DNA of 64,000 nt from Eledone cirrhosa (Eukaryota), in NCBI GenBank assembly GCA_964016885.1, contig OZ024745.1, positions 105,152,001 through 105,216,000 on the forward strand. The letters are read 5' to 3'. The notes under the pieces are model-generated. The model saw nothing but the letters and a program-made list of their open reading frames with translations, did not search any database and was not told the origin of the DNA. Positions 27,218 to 41,895 of this stretch are shown here, piece after piece. Position 1 is the stretch's first letter. Each line of letters opens with the position of its first letter. The position numbers and the translations under genes are program-made.

Positions 27218-27494
27218 GACAGACAGAGAGAGAAGAAAAGAAGCGGGGATGAGAAAGAGAGTGATAGTGAGACATAGTCAGAGAACAAAGGAGAGAAATG
27301 AAGAATTAAATAAAACTATAAATTTCAACACAAGAGCAACAAAGATTGAGTCAGTCATCCTACTGACATGGCTTGGAAGGCTGTTAGCATGATTGCAAAC
27401 GAATGGAATACTACTATTAATATTCGAAAAACTCAGATTTACATTTCTTGTATTCGAGACATGTTGAGCAATTAAACTATTTGTTAATATATGG

Positions 27495-27725
27495 CTTGCG
27501 AGTTGGATGCAATGTCTCTTCCAGCGCATCTCCCTTACCATCCTCCGGGGAAACGCCTTCACAATTCTGTCTGCCGGGGCTGTGGGGAGGGGAAGCCAGC
27601 ACGTGGGACCCCATTTGCACACCATACTGAGGGGTGTGGAGGGCGAGAGAGATGGAGGCGATGACAGTGGGAGTTCGGCTCTTCCACGTTCGGACCATAT
27701 CCTTGTGGTTGTGTCCATCAAGCCC
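27495..27725 (+). mobile_element. CRE-like element 3' fragment
   Basis: LFQRISLTILRGNAFTILS; reverse complement of 11800-12025. Confidence 0.8.
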
Positions 27726-27837
27726 TATATTATATGATATTATATGTTCCGAAGAGATTGTTTTAGTAAAAATAGGAGTAAGCAGGAGAAAGCTCTCAGC
27801 ATTCGTAGTTTATAGTTACTATGGAGATTCAGTATAA

Positions 27838-28010
27838 TAATTGTTTCTACTTTTGGCACAAGGCCAGCAATTAATCCAGTGTATTACTGGTACTTTATTT
27901 TATCGACCCCCATAAGGATGAAAGGCAAAGTTAACCTCGGCGGGATTTGAACTCAGACCATAAAGGGCCGTAACTCTTTGCTGCAAGGCATGGTGTCCGA
28001 CCCTCTAATG
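27838..28010 (-). mobile_element. SINE (main family)
   Basis: Tail, core, B-box. Confidence 0.85.
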
Positions 28011-28184
28011 CTGATGTTACATAAACCATTTATTCATTATAATTATTTCAACGGTTCTCCCATGCAATCAAGATGTAATTCATGCATTTGTTGTTGTTAT
28101 GAGAACGGTATTCTCAGATGAAATTCGATTTTGTGATATGATGCCGGCAGGAAAAATACGTCCTTCTGCTCGTGTGCACACACA

Positions 28185-28223
<39 letters not shown>

Positions 28224-29464
28224 ATATACATACTTAAGTATATCTATACTACAACGGCGTCCCTACTAATCCACCAGGATTATTTAAGGGCCCATGTATA
28301 CCCTCACTCTCACATTGCTTATTTCTCTACTACTAGTATGGTGGATTGTCATAATCGTTAGAGCGTCGGACAACATTTTCTGCGGCATTTAGTTATATTC
28401 TTAATTCAAATCACACTGAGGTCCATTTTATATTTCATTCTACCGAGTTCGATAAAATACAATATCAGTAAAGTAGGGAAGTCTATAGTGTCGAACCCCC
28501 CCCCCCCCCCCCCCCCCCACACACACACCACCACACACACACCACCACCACCACCACCACCTCCCACAAAAAAATATTGCAAACCTTGTGCTTAAATTAG
28601 AAACCTATTGCCGAACGGAATACAATTTGTAAATACCTAGATCTATCTAGTAACTACTTTTTATAGCCTGCGCGTTCGGGAAGTTTGGTGTGTAGTTGGG
28701 CCCCTGATAGCGAAGTTCTTGTCATCGCTGGTTGCCTCGCCTTACTGAGGTGTCAGGTGATGCCCGTGAGGGTGCCTGATTGTTTCAGCGCCTTAGCTTC
28801 GCCATCACCCGTGGCAACACTGCAAGTGTATTGGCTTGCCTCAAAGTATTTAGTTAAACCTTATTGTCATACTTGGTGGTGTATTGCCCCCTCTTTTTCT
28901 CTTTTTTAATACCATTTTTATCTCCCTTTTATGCGTTTATATTTGTGTTTATCAACGACATTATATTTTTACTCTTCTTCTGAACGAATCGCGAGCAGTT
29001 TATAATGTTCTTTATTATTTATACAACTGTGAATCAAATATTATTAGAAACCAATATTTCTTTACTACCGATGCTATATACCATAAATGGTTAAAAAATA
29101 CTTGTATGCGAAGTTGCTGTTAGGCTAACAGCTTTTTTTTCTATACGTTCCCCGCTGATATATTTCTTGCTCTCGATGTTTATTACTGTGTCAGTCAACA
29201 ATGTTCTTATATTAATTGTTTAGCTCATATGTCGACGTTTATTCTCACGTAGAAGTCTTATATATATATGTATGTATATATATATATATATATATAGTCC
29301 ATTAACTCCTGATAGAGTCGTAGGAGCACCGTATTGACATACGGCGTTTCTTGGGCAATTTAAACCTGGTGGCGCCCGTCCTTATCCAGGTCTGAGTACA
29401 GCAGATTTCTTCCAGAGAAAGATAGAAAGTGAGAGAGAGGAAATGAGAAAGAGATATAGAGAAA

Positions 29465-29622
29465 GAATCGACCCAGTACTAGACTGGTACTTTTTTTATC
29501 GACCTCGAAAGGATGAAAGGCAAAGTTGACGTCGACGGGATTTGAACTCAGAAACTAGAGAGCCGAAATGAATACTACAAGGCATTCTATCCGACGTTAT
29601 AACGACTCTGCCAATTCGCCGT
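29465..29622 (-). mobile_element. SINE (related subfamily)
   Basis: Core and head on minus strand. Confidence 0.75.
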
Positions 29623-29687
29623 CTATCTAACTGTGGCTAATAAAGAAACATATCTAACATATAGAGAGTTCTTATATACCATCAAAG

Positions 29688-29960
29688 TGGAGGCACGTGG
29701 CCTAGTGGTAAGGGTGTTGGACTTACGATCAATAATGTCATGGGTTCGATTCCTGGGTTACGTGTTGTGTTCTTGAGCAAAACACTTCATTTGACGTTAC
29801 TCCAGAATTCGCAACTGAAAATGAGTATCAGCAACAGCTGGGGGTTTAACTTTGCGATGGACTGGTGTCTTGTCCAGGGGGGAAGTCATGTACTCTCAGT
29901 CGCTTCACACCATGAAACCGGGATAACCACTGGCTAAATGAGTCCTCTCACTTAAGACAG
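29688..29960 (+). mobile_element. Second tRNA-derived SINE family
   Basis: TGGCCTAGTGG A-box, GGTTCGATTCC B-box, then TGTGTTCTTGAGCAAAACACTT. Confidence 0.75.
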
Positions 29961-30301
29961 ACTTTAGAGATATACTGTTAAATTCGATAATTTCTGCTTA
30001 TGGTTCCATAGCTGTAGCAATGTACCTTGTTGCTACAGTGTACCTTTGTAGTTGTAACGTTGATGTATATGGATGCAGAGATGCTGATATCATGTGGGTA
30101 ATTACTTTACCCCTTTTCTGGACCAAACGTTAGGAAAGTGTAAAGAAACAACTATAAAACGTATCCTTTCCAATTTTCTATCTGCTCTTCAAATCATGTT
30201 TCACTCAACTCCAATTCATTTCTTTTACTCTTTAATTCTGTTTTAGACTCATTTCTATATATTGTATATATATACATTTTTAGAATACACACACGCAAAC
30301 A

Positions 30302-30376
<75 letters not shown>

Positions 30377-31314
30377 GTGTACACACTGAACTTCTTCGTA
30401 AGAACAAGTTATTATTGAATACAGGAACAGAGTTCACTGACACAGTCAGAAACATCGTTGGCTTTTTGGCTGCAACATAGCAAACGATATGGTTTGGGGG
30501 GTATTTCAAACCTCATAAATATAAAATGATATATCAAATATTTGGATTTATAGACAGGAATTACATATCGATATGTTTGAAGTAAAACTCACCAGTTATT
30601 TGTTTTTCTATAAATGGCGGAGTTGTTAAAGAGTCAAACGGGATGTTTTATAATCCCTCTTATGTCTCTGTATATTCTGAGTTCAAATCTTGTTTCTGCC
30701 AGGTGTTGTCAAACATAATTTCCTTGCTCCCTTCTCTTTTTTTTTTTAATGGGAAATTACAAATATTTTCATTCATTGATTAGTTGTAGTTTATTTATTA
30801 GGAGATTGCAACATAGTTACTCTGCTTGATATATGATGCCTCATATCAGATATTTAGATCAAAATGTCTACAGAGAGAGAGAGCCACCAAAGAGGTAACA
30901 ACATGTTCGCTCGTCCTGCTAGTAACCGCAGCCAAATAGCCCTAGAATTCACATTCTGACAACTGCAAACAGTGAAATGATGTAAGGCCAAATGATGTAA
31001 GGCGCTGAATTGGCAGAGTAGTTACAGTACTGGATAATACGCTATACAATATTTGTTTAGATTCTCTGCGCTCTGGGATAAAATCTCACGGAGGTAAAAC
31101 TTTGCATTTTATGCCTTCGGGGTTGATAAATAAATTTTCTGTCAAATATTTGGCGGCCATTTCTTCCCACCACTGTCTCTCTCTAAACTGACAACATGAC
31201 GAGGTCAAAATTGGAGTGTTCATATCGTGGCTCTACCAACCCTTTCATCACAACTTGAGGACACAAGAAAGAAAAAGAAAAGATATACGGTCTGAACAAA
31301 AATAGATAAGATGG

Positions 31315-32350
31315 CTTCGGTAGGAAACGTTTTGACCATAGTTACTCGGGACCTGCTGTGGAAGGTTCTGCAGGAGCATGGGATCGATAGTCAATTTCTT
31401 CCTGGCCTGATGTCTCTATATTAACGCCTGAGCATTTGTGTTCGGATAAATGGTGCTAAATCGAAACCATTCAATGTGGGATTCGTACTCCGCCAAGGGT
31501 GCGTACCAGCACCTCTCCTGTTGTGCCAAAAGTAGAAACAATTATTTATTAACATGAACAGGATTGACATGTGCAGCGGGTGTAAAATTAGTTGACTGGA
31601 ACTTTCTGACGACATAGTGTTACTTAACTAGACAGAAGGTGATCTTCGACTTGCAGTCGATAGGTTTGATGCCAATTGCTGCATGCCTGGAATGAAAATC
31701 AGTGCTGCGAAAAGTGTGCACACTACATGTGAATAGAGTTCCACTGAAGCAGGTGGAGAAGTTCAAGTATCTCAGGGCCGTGTTCACGAGGGATGGAAGG
31801 CAGGAGGCTGATTTAAGTGCAAGAATTGCAGGAGCTGGTGCAATAATGCGCCAGCTTCAGCATGCAGTAATCAGAAGAAGGGCGGTAGGCGTAAAAGCCA
31901 AACTCGCTATCTTCTATTCGATATTCGTGCCAACACTTCCCTATGGTCACGAATCTTGGGGAAATGAGTGAAAGGATTCGTTCGCAAATACAAGCGGCCA
32001 AAATGGGGTTCTCCGAAGGTGCCTTGGAGTAACGTTCCTCGATAGAATGCGTAGCTCGGAGATCAGAATGTCACTCCATGTAGAGCCGCTACTTCTCCGA
32101 ATTAAGAGATCACAGCTCCGATACTATAGACATGTGGTTAGAAAGTCCCGAGAAAGAATCGCTGGACATATTTTACGGGCGAAACTAACCGGCAAGGGAC
32201 CCAGGGGTAGACCCATGAGAAAGCTTGTTGTATAACATACATGAGTTTGGCTGGTCTCACTTGGGGATCCAGCTGGATCAGTTGGAGATGGTTGCTTCTG
32301 ACAGGACCCGCTGGAAGGAGTGTTTGACGACTCTGCCCTCACGACCCTCT
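31315..32350 (+). pseudogene. RTE-clade LINE 3' portion (RT and C-terminus) with (GAA)n tail
   Basis: VRINGAKSKPF..LRQGC; SDDIVLL; QVEKFKYL; PTLPYGHESW; LDRMRSSEIR; GKGPRGRP; multiple lesions. Confidence 0.9.
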
Positions 32351-32351
32351 C

Positions 32352-32686
32352 AGGAGGAGGAGGAAGAAGAAGAAGAAGAAGAAGAAGAAGAAGAAGAAGA
32401 AGAAGAAGAAGAAGAAGAAGAAGAAGAAGAAGAAGAAGCAGGCGGCGATGACGACGACGACGACGACGACGAAGAAGAAGAAGAAGAAGAAGTGATAGAA
32501 GAAGAAGAAGAAGAAGAAGAAGAAAAAGAAGAAGAAGAAGAAGAAGAAGAAGAAGAAGAAGAAGAAGAAGAAGAAGAAGAAGAAGAAGAAGAAGAAGGCG
32601 ACGACGACGACGACGACGACGACGAAGAAGTAGAAGAAGAAGAAGAAGAAGAAGAAGAAGGCGGAGAAGAAGAAGAAGAAGAAGAT
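32352..32686. repeat. (GAA)n/(GAC)n microsatellite
   Basis: Direct inspection. Confidence 0.95.
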
Positions 32687-34189
32687 ACTCTCATTTGCAA
32701 TCTCATATGTTCATCCGTTTTAAAAGAAAGTAAAAAATATAAATTAAATGATATTCGGCTGCTATTTCAGGCAAGTCAATCGATCATGCAGATGTTCCTT
32801 CGTTATCTCGTTCTGATCAATGTTTAGTACATATGTAGACATTTATCCGTTGAAGCATCGGACAAAATAATTATCAGAATCTGTTCCGGGCATTTTACAT
32901 TCTGCATCCAGATCCTGTCGAGGTCATCTTTGTCATTCATCCTTCCGAAAACGATAAAATGAAGTACTAGTCAAATACTGGGGTCAATATAATCGATTCC
33001 CCCCACCCCACCCCCCAAAAATGCTGGCCTTATATCAAAGTTAGAAACCATATGTAGACAATTAATCCAAAATAGACATTCATATCACACAGACAAATTG
33101 TCGTATTGATTATCTAAAAATCATAAACATTCCTTTCAAGGAACAGAACAACAGCCATGAATTTCGTGTTTGATGTTTCGTAGAAGACTCTTTGCTCTTG
33201 TAGACAAATTGAGTTAATATATACAAAGCAGCGCAACTGTCAATGGATATTGCACATGGGGGATTTCTTTCAATCGTTGATAAAAGTATTTCAACGAGCT
33301 AATGATGAAGCCGTTACATAGTCATTCAAAAATGCTAGAAAGAGTAGCTAAATCTCCCTTAAGCTACACACTACAGTCTTAAAAGTTGAAAAAGAATCTT
33401 AAAAAAGAACACATTGGTTGATATAGTCCGTGGGAAATTATACCGAAAGAAAAAAAAATACTTCTGACCACAGGCTATCTAATCAGGGTCAACATAGGGT
33501 TAAACAAGAACAACATAATTATCATCATCAACAACAAACATAGCAATTTCAATGTTGCGCTCTCAGTTCAAATACACTTACCGTTAACTTTGCTTTTCAT
33601 CCTTTCGGAGACGATGAATAAAATATCAGTCCTGGGGCAGGGGTTGGCGGAATCATTAAAGTCGAACAGGATAATTTGCGGTATCTGTTCTGGTTCTGCG
33701 TGTTCTGCGTTCATATCCTGCCTCCTTCTATATTTTGCGACTGGAAAGACCAATGAATACACAATTTCCTTGCTCCGATCTGACGATCAACTCATTTCCC
33801 ATTTTTATTGGGAAATTGCAAATATTCGATTCATTGATTAGTTGAAATGTTTTAAAGTTAAAGCATAATCTGGATCGGTAGTTAAAATACCCAAACACTT
33901 GGGCAGCAAAAAGAGGTTGGTTATAGTACGACATTTAAAAACGCCCACTAAATTGGCTTAAAGACAATAAAATAAGGAATATGACATTTTTATTTAATAT
34001 CTTTGAATGTTCAAGTCTTAATATTGTAAAATTGAAAACAATAATGATAAAACTACGGTTTCACTAAATTTTATATTCTGACGTTAAAACAAAAGTAGTT
34101 AACAGAAATATAATTTTATTAAAACCAAACAAAGAACATTGTACTACACAAATGATAAATAAGAACTGTAAGGCATCTAGATATTTTCA

Positions 34190-34195
34190 CTAATA

Positions 34196-34233
<38 letters not shown>

Positions 34234-37200
34234 TTCTTTATTAACCACAAGGGTTTACATAAAGTAGACATTAAGGAGAGTACAGGACAATACAGGGGCG
34301 GTACAAATGGGCATTTCTGCGTGTAAAAAAAAACAAGAAACAGAGGATGTAATAATAGAACAATGAAAAAATTCCCCAATAGGGGAGGAGACTTCCGAGG
34401 GACATTGGTGGAGAAAGCCCATTAAAAAGCCACAGTGACCTTGACCACCAGGCCAAGTGCCCTCTCCCAGTTTTCCACCTTTAATTTACAGACACATACT
34501 CAGAGTAGGCCCATTCACTCGGGCCATTCTTGCCTCTCTCACCCATCTTTCAACAAAATGCTGGGAAGAGAGCACTTCCCTTTCTACCCTGATTTTCCTT
34601 TTCAAATGAAATTTGAAAAAGTTAATCAGGGCATCCCCGAAGAGGTAAGTGCTCGTCTTCAGCCCTTTCAAACGTGTCCACCATACTATCTTTTTCGCCA
34701 TGGCCACCAGACAGATAAAAACTGCCTGCCCTTCCCGGCTAAAGGAAGAGGGCGGGGGCAATCCTCACGATGGACTCAGCTGATAGCTGGATCCGTCCTA
34801 CACGTGACAGCAGGTGTTCGACATAAACCCACAAGTCAGGAATGCTCGGACACTGGACGAGTGCTTGCAGGACGGTTTCGTCGCCCTGCGCGCATCTCGG
34901 ACATGCCCGGCTGACGGCACCTCATGCCTGTAGAGTTTATCCCGAACTGGCAAAGCTCCTCGGTAGCACTGCCAAACCAGGGATTTCTGGAAGTTGTCCA
35001 TAGGCCCCGGCCCGAAAGTCCTTCCGAAGAGATTGGCTAGTGATTTTCGTCGACGCCTAGAGTTTCTCCAAGTACGTCGTCGCTCTTCCCCTCCACTAAT
35101 CCTCTATAGAACGCCAAGGTGGAGTTTCCACCGATCACATTGCCTGATTGGTTGAGGGCTGTGAGCGCCTGAAGACATTCCAGTCTCCAAGCGCTCCCTC
35201 TCGGTCTTCGCTTGATCCAGGACTGTAGCTTCGTCAAGGAGACGAGCTGGGGAAAGACGTGTCTAGCAAACGGCGACCACACCTGATCACCGTCGAGGAA
35301 GAGGTGGAGATGTCGTAGCCTGAGCGCGTGTCTGCGCATCATCAGCCACGGCATGTCCAGCCCTCCACGTAGCGGGTGATGAAAGCAGATGGACGGCCTG
35401 ACCATCGGAGCGCGTCCCTTCCACAAAAAGCGAAAGAGCAAACGCTCCAGCGCAGTCAGGCGGGGCTTAGGACAAGGTACGACGGTCAGGCGGTAGTAGA
35501 TGACGGACGCGATGTACGCGTTAGCCACCTCCGCTCGACCTTTCAAGGATAGCTTCCTCTCCGCCCATTTCTGGGTGAGAGAAGCCACCCTGCTCGTCAC
35601 CTCGTCCCAGTTTTTGTCCGTCTGGAGGTCCGGCCCGAACCAGACCCTTAGTGTAGTGCCGATCGCCTCGATGTGTTTGGCGTTCGACACCACTACGGTG
35701 ACATCGTCCGCACATGCTGACACGGAACTTCCGCACCCTAGTTCGCGCGGGACAACCCTCAACGTCTCCAGTTTGTGCAGTAATGGCTCGAGAGTCAATA
35801 CGTACAAGAGGTACGAGAGGGGACATCCTTGGCGGACCGAGCGCATGATGTTGAACGGTTCCGAAAGGTGACCGTTCACTCTCACCACAGAGCAGATGTC
35901 GCTGTGCATGGCAGCGATCCAGCCTCTGAAGACGGGCCCAAAGCCAAACGCCCTCAGGACTGCCGCTAAGTAACGTTGGTCGACCCTATCGAAAGCTTTC
36001 GACTGATCTAAATTGATCAAGGACCCACCCGTGTCAGGTTCCCTAGCTACCCTCTCTACGATGTATCGCATGAGGTGGAGGTTGTCGTGGATGGATCTGT
36101 CAGGAATGGCGCACGTCTGCGCCTCTCCCACCAGACCACCAACGACAAGCGCCAACCTCTTTGCTAGCACCTTGGCCAAAATCTTGAACTCTGTGTTTAG
36201 CAGAGTTATGGGCCGGAAATTATCTATGTTATCCCCCTTCTTCGGATCCTTTCTCAGCAGCGCCACAGCTCCTCGGCTCACAGAGCTGGGAATTCTCCCG
36301 TTCTGTTGCCAGTTGCAGTAGACGTCCGCCAAGAGGCCTCCAAACAAGTCTGGCATCTGTACGTAAAGTTCATAGGGCAGACCATCCAAACCAGGCGATT
36401 TACCCCTTGTGCAGCCAGTCAATTCCTCCCGTACTTCAGCGGCTGTTATCGGCTTTTCGCAACCCTCCGCCTCAGTGGCCGAGAGCTGCGGTAGTCCGTC
36501 GAGGTAAAACTAAAGTCCATCCCTCGATCCGGGCCGCCACTGCCCCCGAACAGCTGTGCGAAGTGTCGCTGAAAAGCTTCACACATTTTCCCGGGATCGA
36601 GTAGCATGCGCCCGTCGTGGTCCACCAAAGACCGGATCGTGGCTTTGTTGCCCGACGCGCATCTGCCACTCGGGCCCATTGAACGGCTTTCGTCCCCTCG
36701 TGTCTGAGAGCACGCACCCTAGCTCTGACAACGCAGCCTTCGTGCTTTGCATTGAAGAATTGGTCAAGGGCCAATTTCGCCGCAAGTACGTCGGTCGCGA
36801 TGCCTTTGCTAAGCGCCTCGTCTAATTTTCTAACTAGTTCTCCATCTGCTCTATTTTTCTCTGTTGCTAAAGCCTTACTAAATCTAATGGACTCTATTCT
36901 AATCGCTCTTTTCAGAGTAAACCACCACTTGTTGTTGACGATGGCCCCCGTCAACGCCCGCTTAACTAGTTCGCTAATCCGGTCTCTGTAGGCCTTGCGC
37001 GCTGGTAAGGAGGCGTTTAGCTTCCAGTAGCCGGGTCCTCGTCTATGAAGCCTATCTAATTCAAGCACACAGATCACGAATTTGTGGTCCGTGTAGCTGA
37101 CTATCTTGAATTGTGGACAGCCTATGCTAGACCTATCTATTTCCCTACAAAATACTCTATCTAGATATGATCTGGATGACCCTATACGATTTGTCCAAGT

Positions 37201-38200
37201 CCACGTTGGCACATTCGGGAAATCCAATCGGTACCTGTCAGACAGTTCAAAACGCCTGAGCAGGTTGGTGAGGCTCTTTCACCCTCCACCCCTATCCGCT
37301 AATCTCACACAGTCCCAGCGTGCATCTAAGATCCCGTTCCAGTCGCCCTCTAACACTAAAGAGTGGGACGTTCCAAGAAAGGTCTCCAGACACCGGAAGA
37401 AATCAGGCCGCTCTGCTCCTGTCGGGGCATAGACGGCCACTAGCCTGAAAGCTTGCCCGTCTCCGCTGGTCACGTCCAGCACCACCAACTTACCTTCTGG
37501 GTCCAGGAAGATGGCCCGTATGGCGAGATCCAAACCTCTCCGAAAAAGCACAGCAACTCCTCCCCCCGATCCAGGACGGCTGGGAGATGCGTACACATCG
37601 TAGCCGCCGAAGATCGGTGCGAAGGCCCGTGCTTCGGAGATTCTGGTCTCGCTGATGGCCACTACATCTATGTTTAGTGACCTGAATTCGTTGAGCAGGT
37701 GGCCCTGCTTCTATGACGACCCCAAGCCAAGCGCATTTATGCTGTCTATTCTGAGTGAGGTCATGTTGAAATGGAGTAGAAAAGATGTGAAAGACCACTT
37801 ACCACATCTTCTTTTACCATTCTCTTGGCTTCATTTAATTCATCTTGGCTTACCTAGATTGTTTCGCTTTTCTTGGCTGCTTTGGCAAACGACACATTTT
37901 TGTTGCGCTGGTGTTGATGTTGTTGGTGTTGATGTTGTGGTTGTTGTTGCTGTTGTTGTTATTGTTATTTTTGTTATTGTTATTTTTAGTTTCAGTTGTG
38001 GTGGTGGTGGTGTCAGTGGTGTTGGTGGTGGTGGGAGGTGTTGGTCTGTTAGGAAGGCTGTCAGCTCTGTGTGGCTGAGAGCCCTCCATGTTTTTTTCAA
38101 AGAAAGTTTTTGTTTGATAATTATAAAAGTTTCAATTTTGGGCTCAAGGCCCCAATCTTTTTGAGTGTGCTTTTCAGTACTTATAAACACTTAACAATAA
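34190..38200 (-). mobile_element. Tx1/L1-clade LINE: ORF2 (APE endonuclease, RT, Zn-finger) from ATG 37764, probable ORF1 remnant upstream
   Basis: AISETR, VAVYAP, GDWN, SYLDRVF, YTDHK, GPGYWKLN, KSPGLDG, FRPITLLN, KAFDRV, RQGCPLS, CADD; AATAAA and (TTA)n tail; frameshifts and internal deletions. Confidence 0.92.
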
Positions 38201-38289
38201 ATTTTTTTCCATAACTGGCAATTTGAAACAACTGAATACAACAAACCTTTGCGGAGTTCACGATAATACGATTTTCTACGTAGGTCGCC

Positions 38290-38346
<57 letters not shown>

Positions 38347-38550
38347 GATTTCTTATATAGGCACAAGGCCAGCAATTTTGGGGGAGGGGAAAGTCGATTA
38401 AATCGACCCCCAGTGCGTGACTGATACTTTATTTTATCGACCCCGTAAGGATGAAAGGCAAAGTTAACCTCGGCTGGATTTGAGGTTAACTTTGCCTTTC
38501 ATCCTTACGGGGTCGATAAAATAAAGTACCAGTCACGCACTCGGGTCGAT
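38347..38550. mobile_element. Fold-back SINE
   Basis: Minus-strand SINE turns into its own reverse complement around 38477. Confidence 0.85.
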
Positions 38551-38912
38551 TAATAATTATAATGATGATGACAACAGCAAGAAGAGCAGCAACAGAGTTG
38601 ATAATTCTTATGATGTCAATGGTGACGATGATAGTAATAACAATCTCCAACAATGCAATTAAAAATCTTAAAAAATGAAGGGAAATAAGTTTTTAAAGAT
38701 GTCGAGTTAGTATTTCATTTGTGTCTAATAAAAATTCCCATTATGCTTTGTGTTGCGGCTATAAATACATGTTGACGTGACAACATGCTGCCATTTGCAA
38801 TCAAAATTTTCAAATTGTAAGCCACCAGCTGAATGATTTAATTGTTTTGAATACTGGGGAAGCTCATGCTTTTAATCGTTTCAAGAAAATAGATTCCATA
38901 TCATAATACGAG

Positions 38913-39219
38913 TCGTCGTCGTCTTCTTCTTCTTCTTCTTCTTCTTCTTCTTCTTCTTCTTCTTCTTCTTCTTCTTCTTCATCACCTCCTCCTCCTCCTC
39001 CTCCTCCTCCTCCTTCTTCTTCTTCTTCTTCTTCTTCTTCTTCTTCTTCTTCTCCTCCTCCTCCTTCTTCTTCTCCTCCTCCTCCTCCTTCTTCTTCTTC
39101 TTCTTCTTCTTCTTCTTCTTCTTCTTCTTCTTCTTCTTCTTCTTCTTCTTCTTCTTCTTCTTCTTCTTCTTCTTCTCCTCTTCCTCCTCCTCCTCCTCCT
39201 CCTCCTCCTTCTTCATCAA

Positions 39220-39253
<34 letters not shown>

Positions 39254-39402
39254 TTCTTCTTCTTCATCACCTTCTTCTTCTTCTTCTTCTTCTTCTTCTT
39301 CTTCTTCTTCTTCTTCTTCTTCTTCTTCTTCTTCTTCTTCTTCTTCTTCTTCTTCTTCTTCTTCTTCTTCTTCTTCTTCTTCTTCTTCTTCTTCTTCTTC
39401 TT

Positions 39403-39432
<30 letters not shown>
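38913..39432. repeat. (CTT)n/(CCT)n/(CAT)n microsatellite
   Basis: Direct inspection. Confidence 0.95.
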
Positions 39433-39434
<2 letters not shown>

Positions 39435-39796
39435 AGCCCTTACATTTAATGGCAATAGTAGGAAGTAATCAAGGGAAATTAATTACACCCACACGCATAT
39501 AGTTACATAGAAACTCACATTTATTGTGAAACATACATACACACATACATACATACACACATACATACATATATACATACACACACACACACACATACAT
39601 ATATACACACATACATACATATTTACATACATACACACACACACACATACATACACACATTCACACATACATACGTACATACATACATACATACATGCAT
39701 ACATGCATACATACATACATTTATACATGCATACATACATACACACATACATATACGTACACATTCATACACACATACATATAAATAAATATTATA

Positions 39797-40128
39797 CTAG
39801 CAGTGTATCCCGGCGTTGCACGGGTAAGAACATTGGTAATAGCACCTCCAAACATTTATTTGTGAGTGCCTGTTAAAAACGCACGAAAATATATCGACAG
39901 GAAACTTGTTTTATTTGGAGAAAATTAAGAAGTTGAAAGTACAGTTTAGCTGTCTACGTGCACTGTTCATAGATATAGTGTTGAGCCCCTTCTTTTCATA
40001 CTCCTTCTGTGACAGTTGTCCCCCAGCGTTTCCACACTGATTTGGCCTATTGGAGTAAATGCGAAAGAGAAAATCACAGGTTAAGTTGGCAGAAGGTTCC
40101 AGTAAAAGGTTGTGTATATTTATATATA
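39797..40128 (-). mobile_element. Non-autonomous Helitron (3' end clear, 5' end uncertain)
   Basis: Plus strand A-CTAG followed by CCCGGCGTTGCACGGG hairpin, as at 12847. Confidence 0.6.
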
Positions 40129-40182
40129 TGTATATGTGTATATATATATATATGTGTGTGTATATGTGTTTGTATATGTATG

Positions 40183-40249
<67 letters not shown>

Positions 40250-40252
<3 letters not shown>

Positions 40253-40810
40253 TATTATACGTACATACATATATGTATACTGTACGTCTGTATACATATA
40301 TGTATGTACGCATAATACTTACATTTAAGTATCAGCCGTAATAAGAGTGAGATATGAAATTTCGTTTCATCCTCTTCCATTTATCGTTTTCGCTTCGCCC
40401 GGCCGACTAACTCACTCGATATGCAAATTAGGCTGCTCAGCCGTTAATATGCATAAGGAAAGTATATACTTTCAAACGTTCAATCAACTGACAGGAAGGT
40501 ATACAGTGCTGATGACAGATAATAAGCTAGAAACTAGTTCATCGTTCCTTTGTCAGTGTTGAACAAATAGGGCAACGATGGTTGCCGAACACTGTACGGC
40601 TTAATTCGGGCTGTTTGATTACATTATAATAAATGTTCAGTAAATGTTCAGTAAATGTTCAGTAAACCCATACGTACATATATATATATGTGTGCATATA
40701 TGTATGTATATACATACTACTGTACGTCTGTATGCATATATGTATGTACGTATACATACTTATATTTAAGTATCAGCCGTACTAAGAGTGAGAAATGAAA
40801 TTTCATTTTT
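40250..40810 (+). mobile_element. Family B element, ~445-bp monomer with terminal direct repeat; HHR at 40504-40544
   Basis: 40320-40365 repeats at 40763-40810; CAGTG-CTGATGA-...-GAAA-CTAG-TT-CATCG with weakened stem II. Confidence 0.75.
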
Positions 40811-40832
40811 TACATTTATATATATGTATATA

Positions 40833-40917
<85 letters not shown>

Positions 40918-41032
40918 ATACGTATATATGTGTATATATACATATATGTGTGTGGTGTATGTGCGTGTGTGTGTGCGTGCGTGCATGTCTGTGTATGTAT
41001 GTATTCCTACTTAGGAAATTCATTTCTACACT

Positions 41033-41159
<127 letters not shown>

Positions 41160-41215
41160 CGTACATATACATACATACATATATATATATGTATGTATGT
41201 ATATATATATAATCA

Positions 41216-41352
<137 letters not shown>

Positions 41353-41794
41353 TGTAATACACATATATTAAACAAATAGTTGATATAATATAAACAATAT
41401 AATTGAAAACTTCAAATTAAAATTGGAAAATTATCACAAAGTCACTGAGCGTATCAGATATCAGATAAACGAAAAATCTTGCTTTAATTCTTGCTAGTTG
41501 ATTTGATATTTTTAGATTTTAAATGTACATTTAGAAATGTATGGCGCTTAGCCGTGATAATATATTCACATATATTGCTGTGAATTTCCATGCATACATC
41601 AAATCATAAGGGATTATCTTGTTACTTTACTAGGTTATTTGAAGACGCCTGAATCTGCACAGAATTCATTTGGGTTAAATAATGAGAACATTATGGAGTT
41701 TTATTATTTAATAATAAAAAAAATATTTCAGGTAGATATTTGTAATTAATTTCAGTTAGATGATCAATATATTTGTATGTATATATGTATATGG

Positions 41795-41895
<101 letters not shown>

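Noticed and set aside
32225-32827. 200-aa poly-Glu ORF (also poly-Lys/Arg ORFs at 38881-39455)
   Set aside because: Triplet microsatellite tail of an RTE LINE, not a gene.
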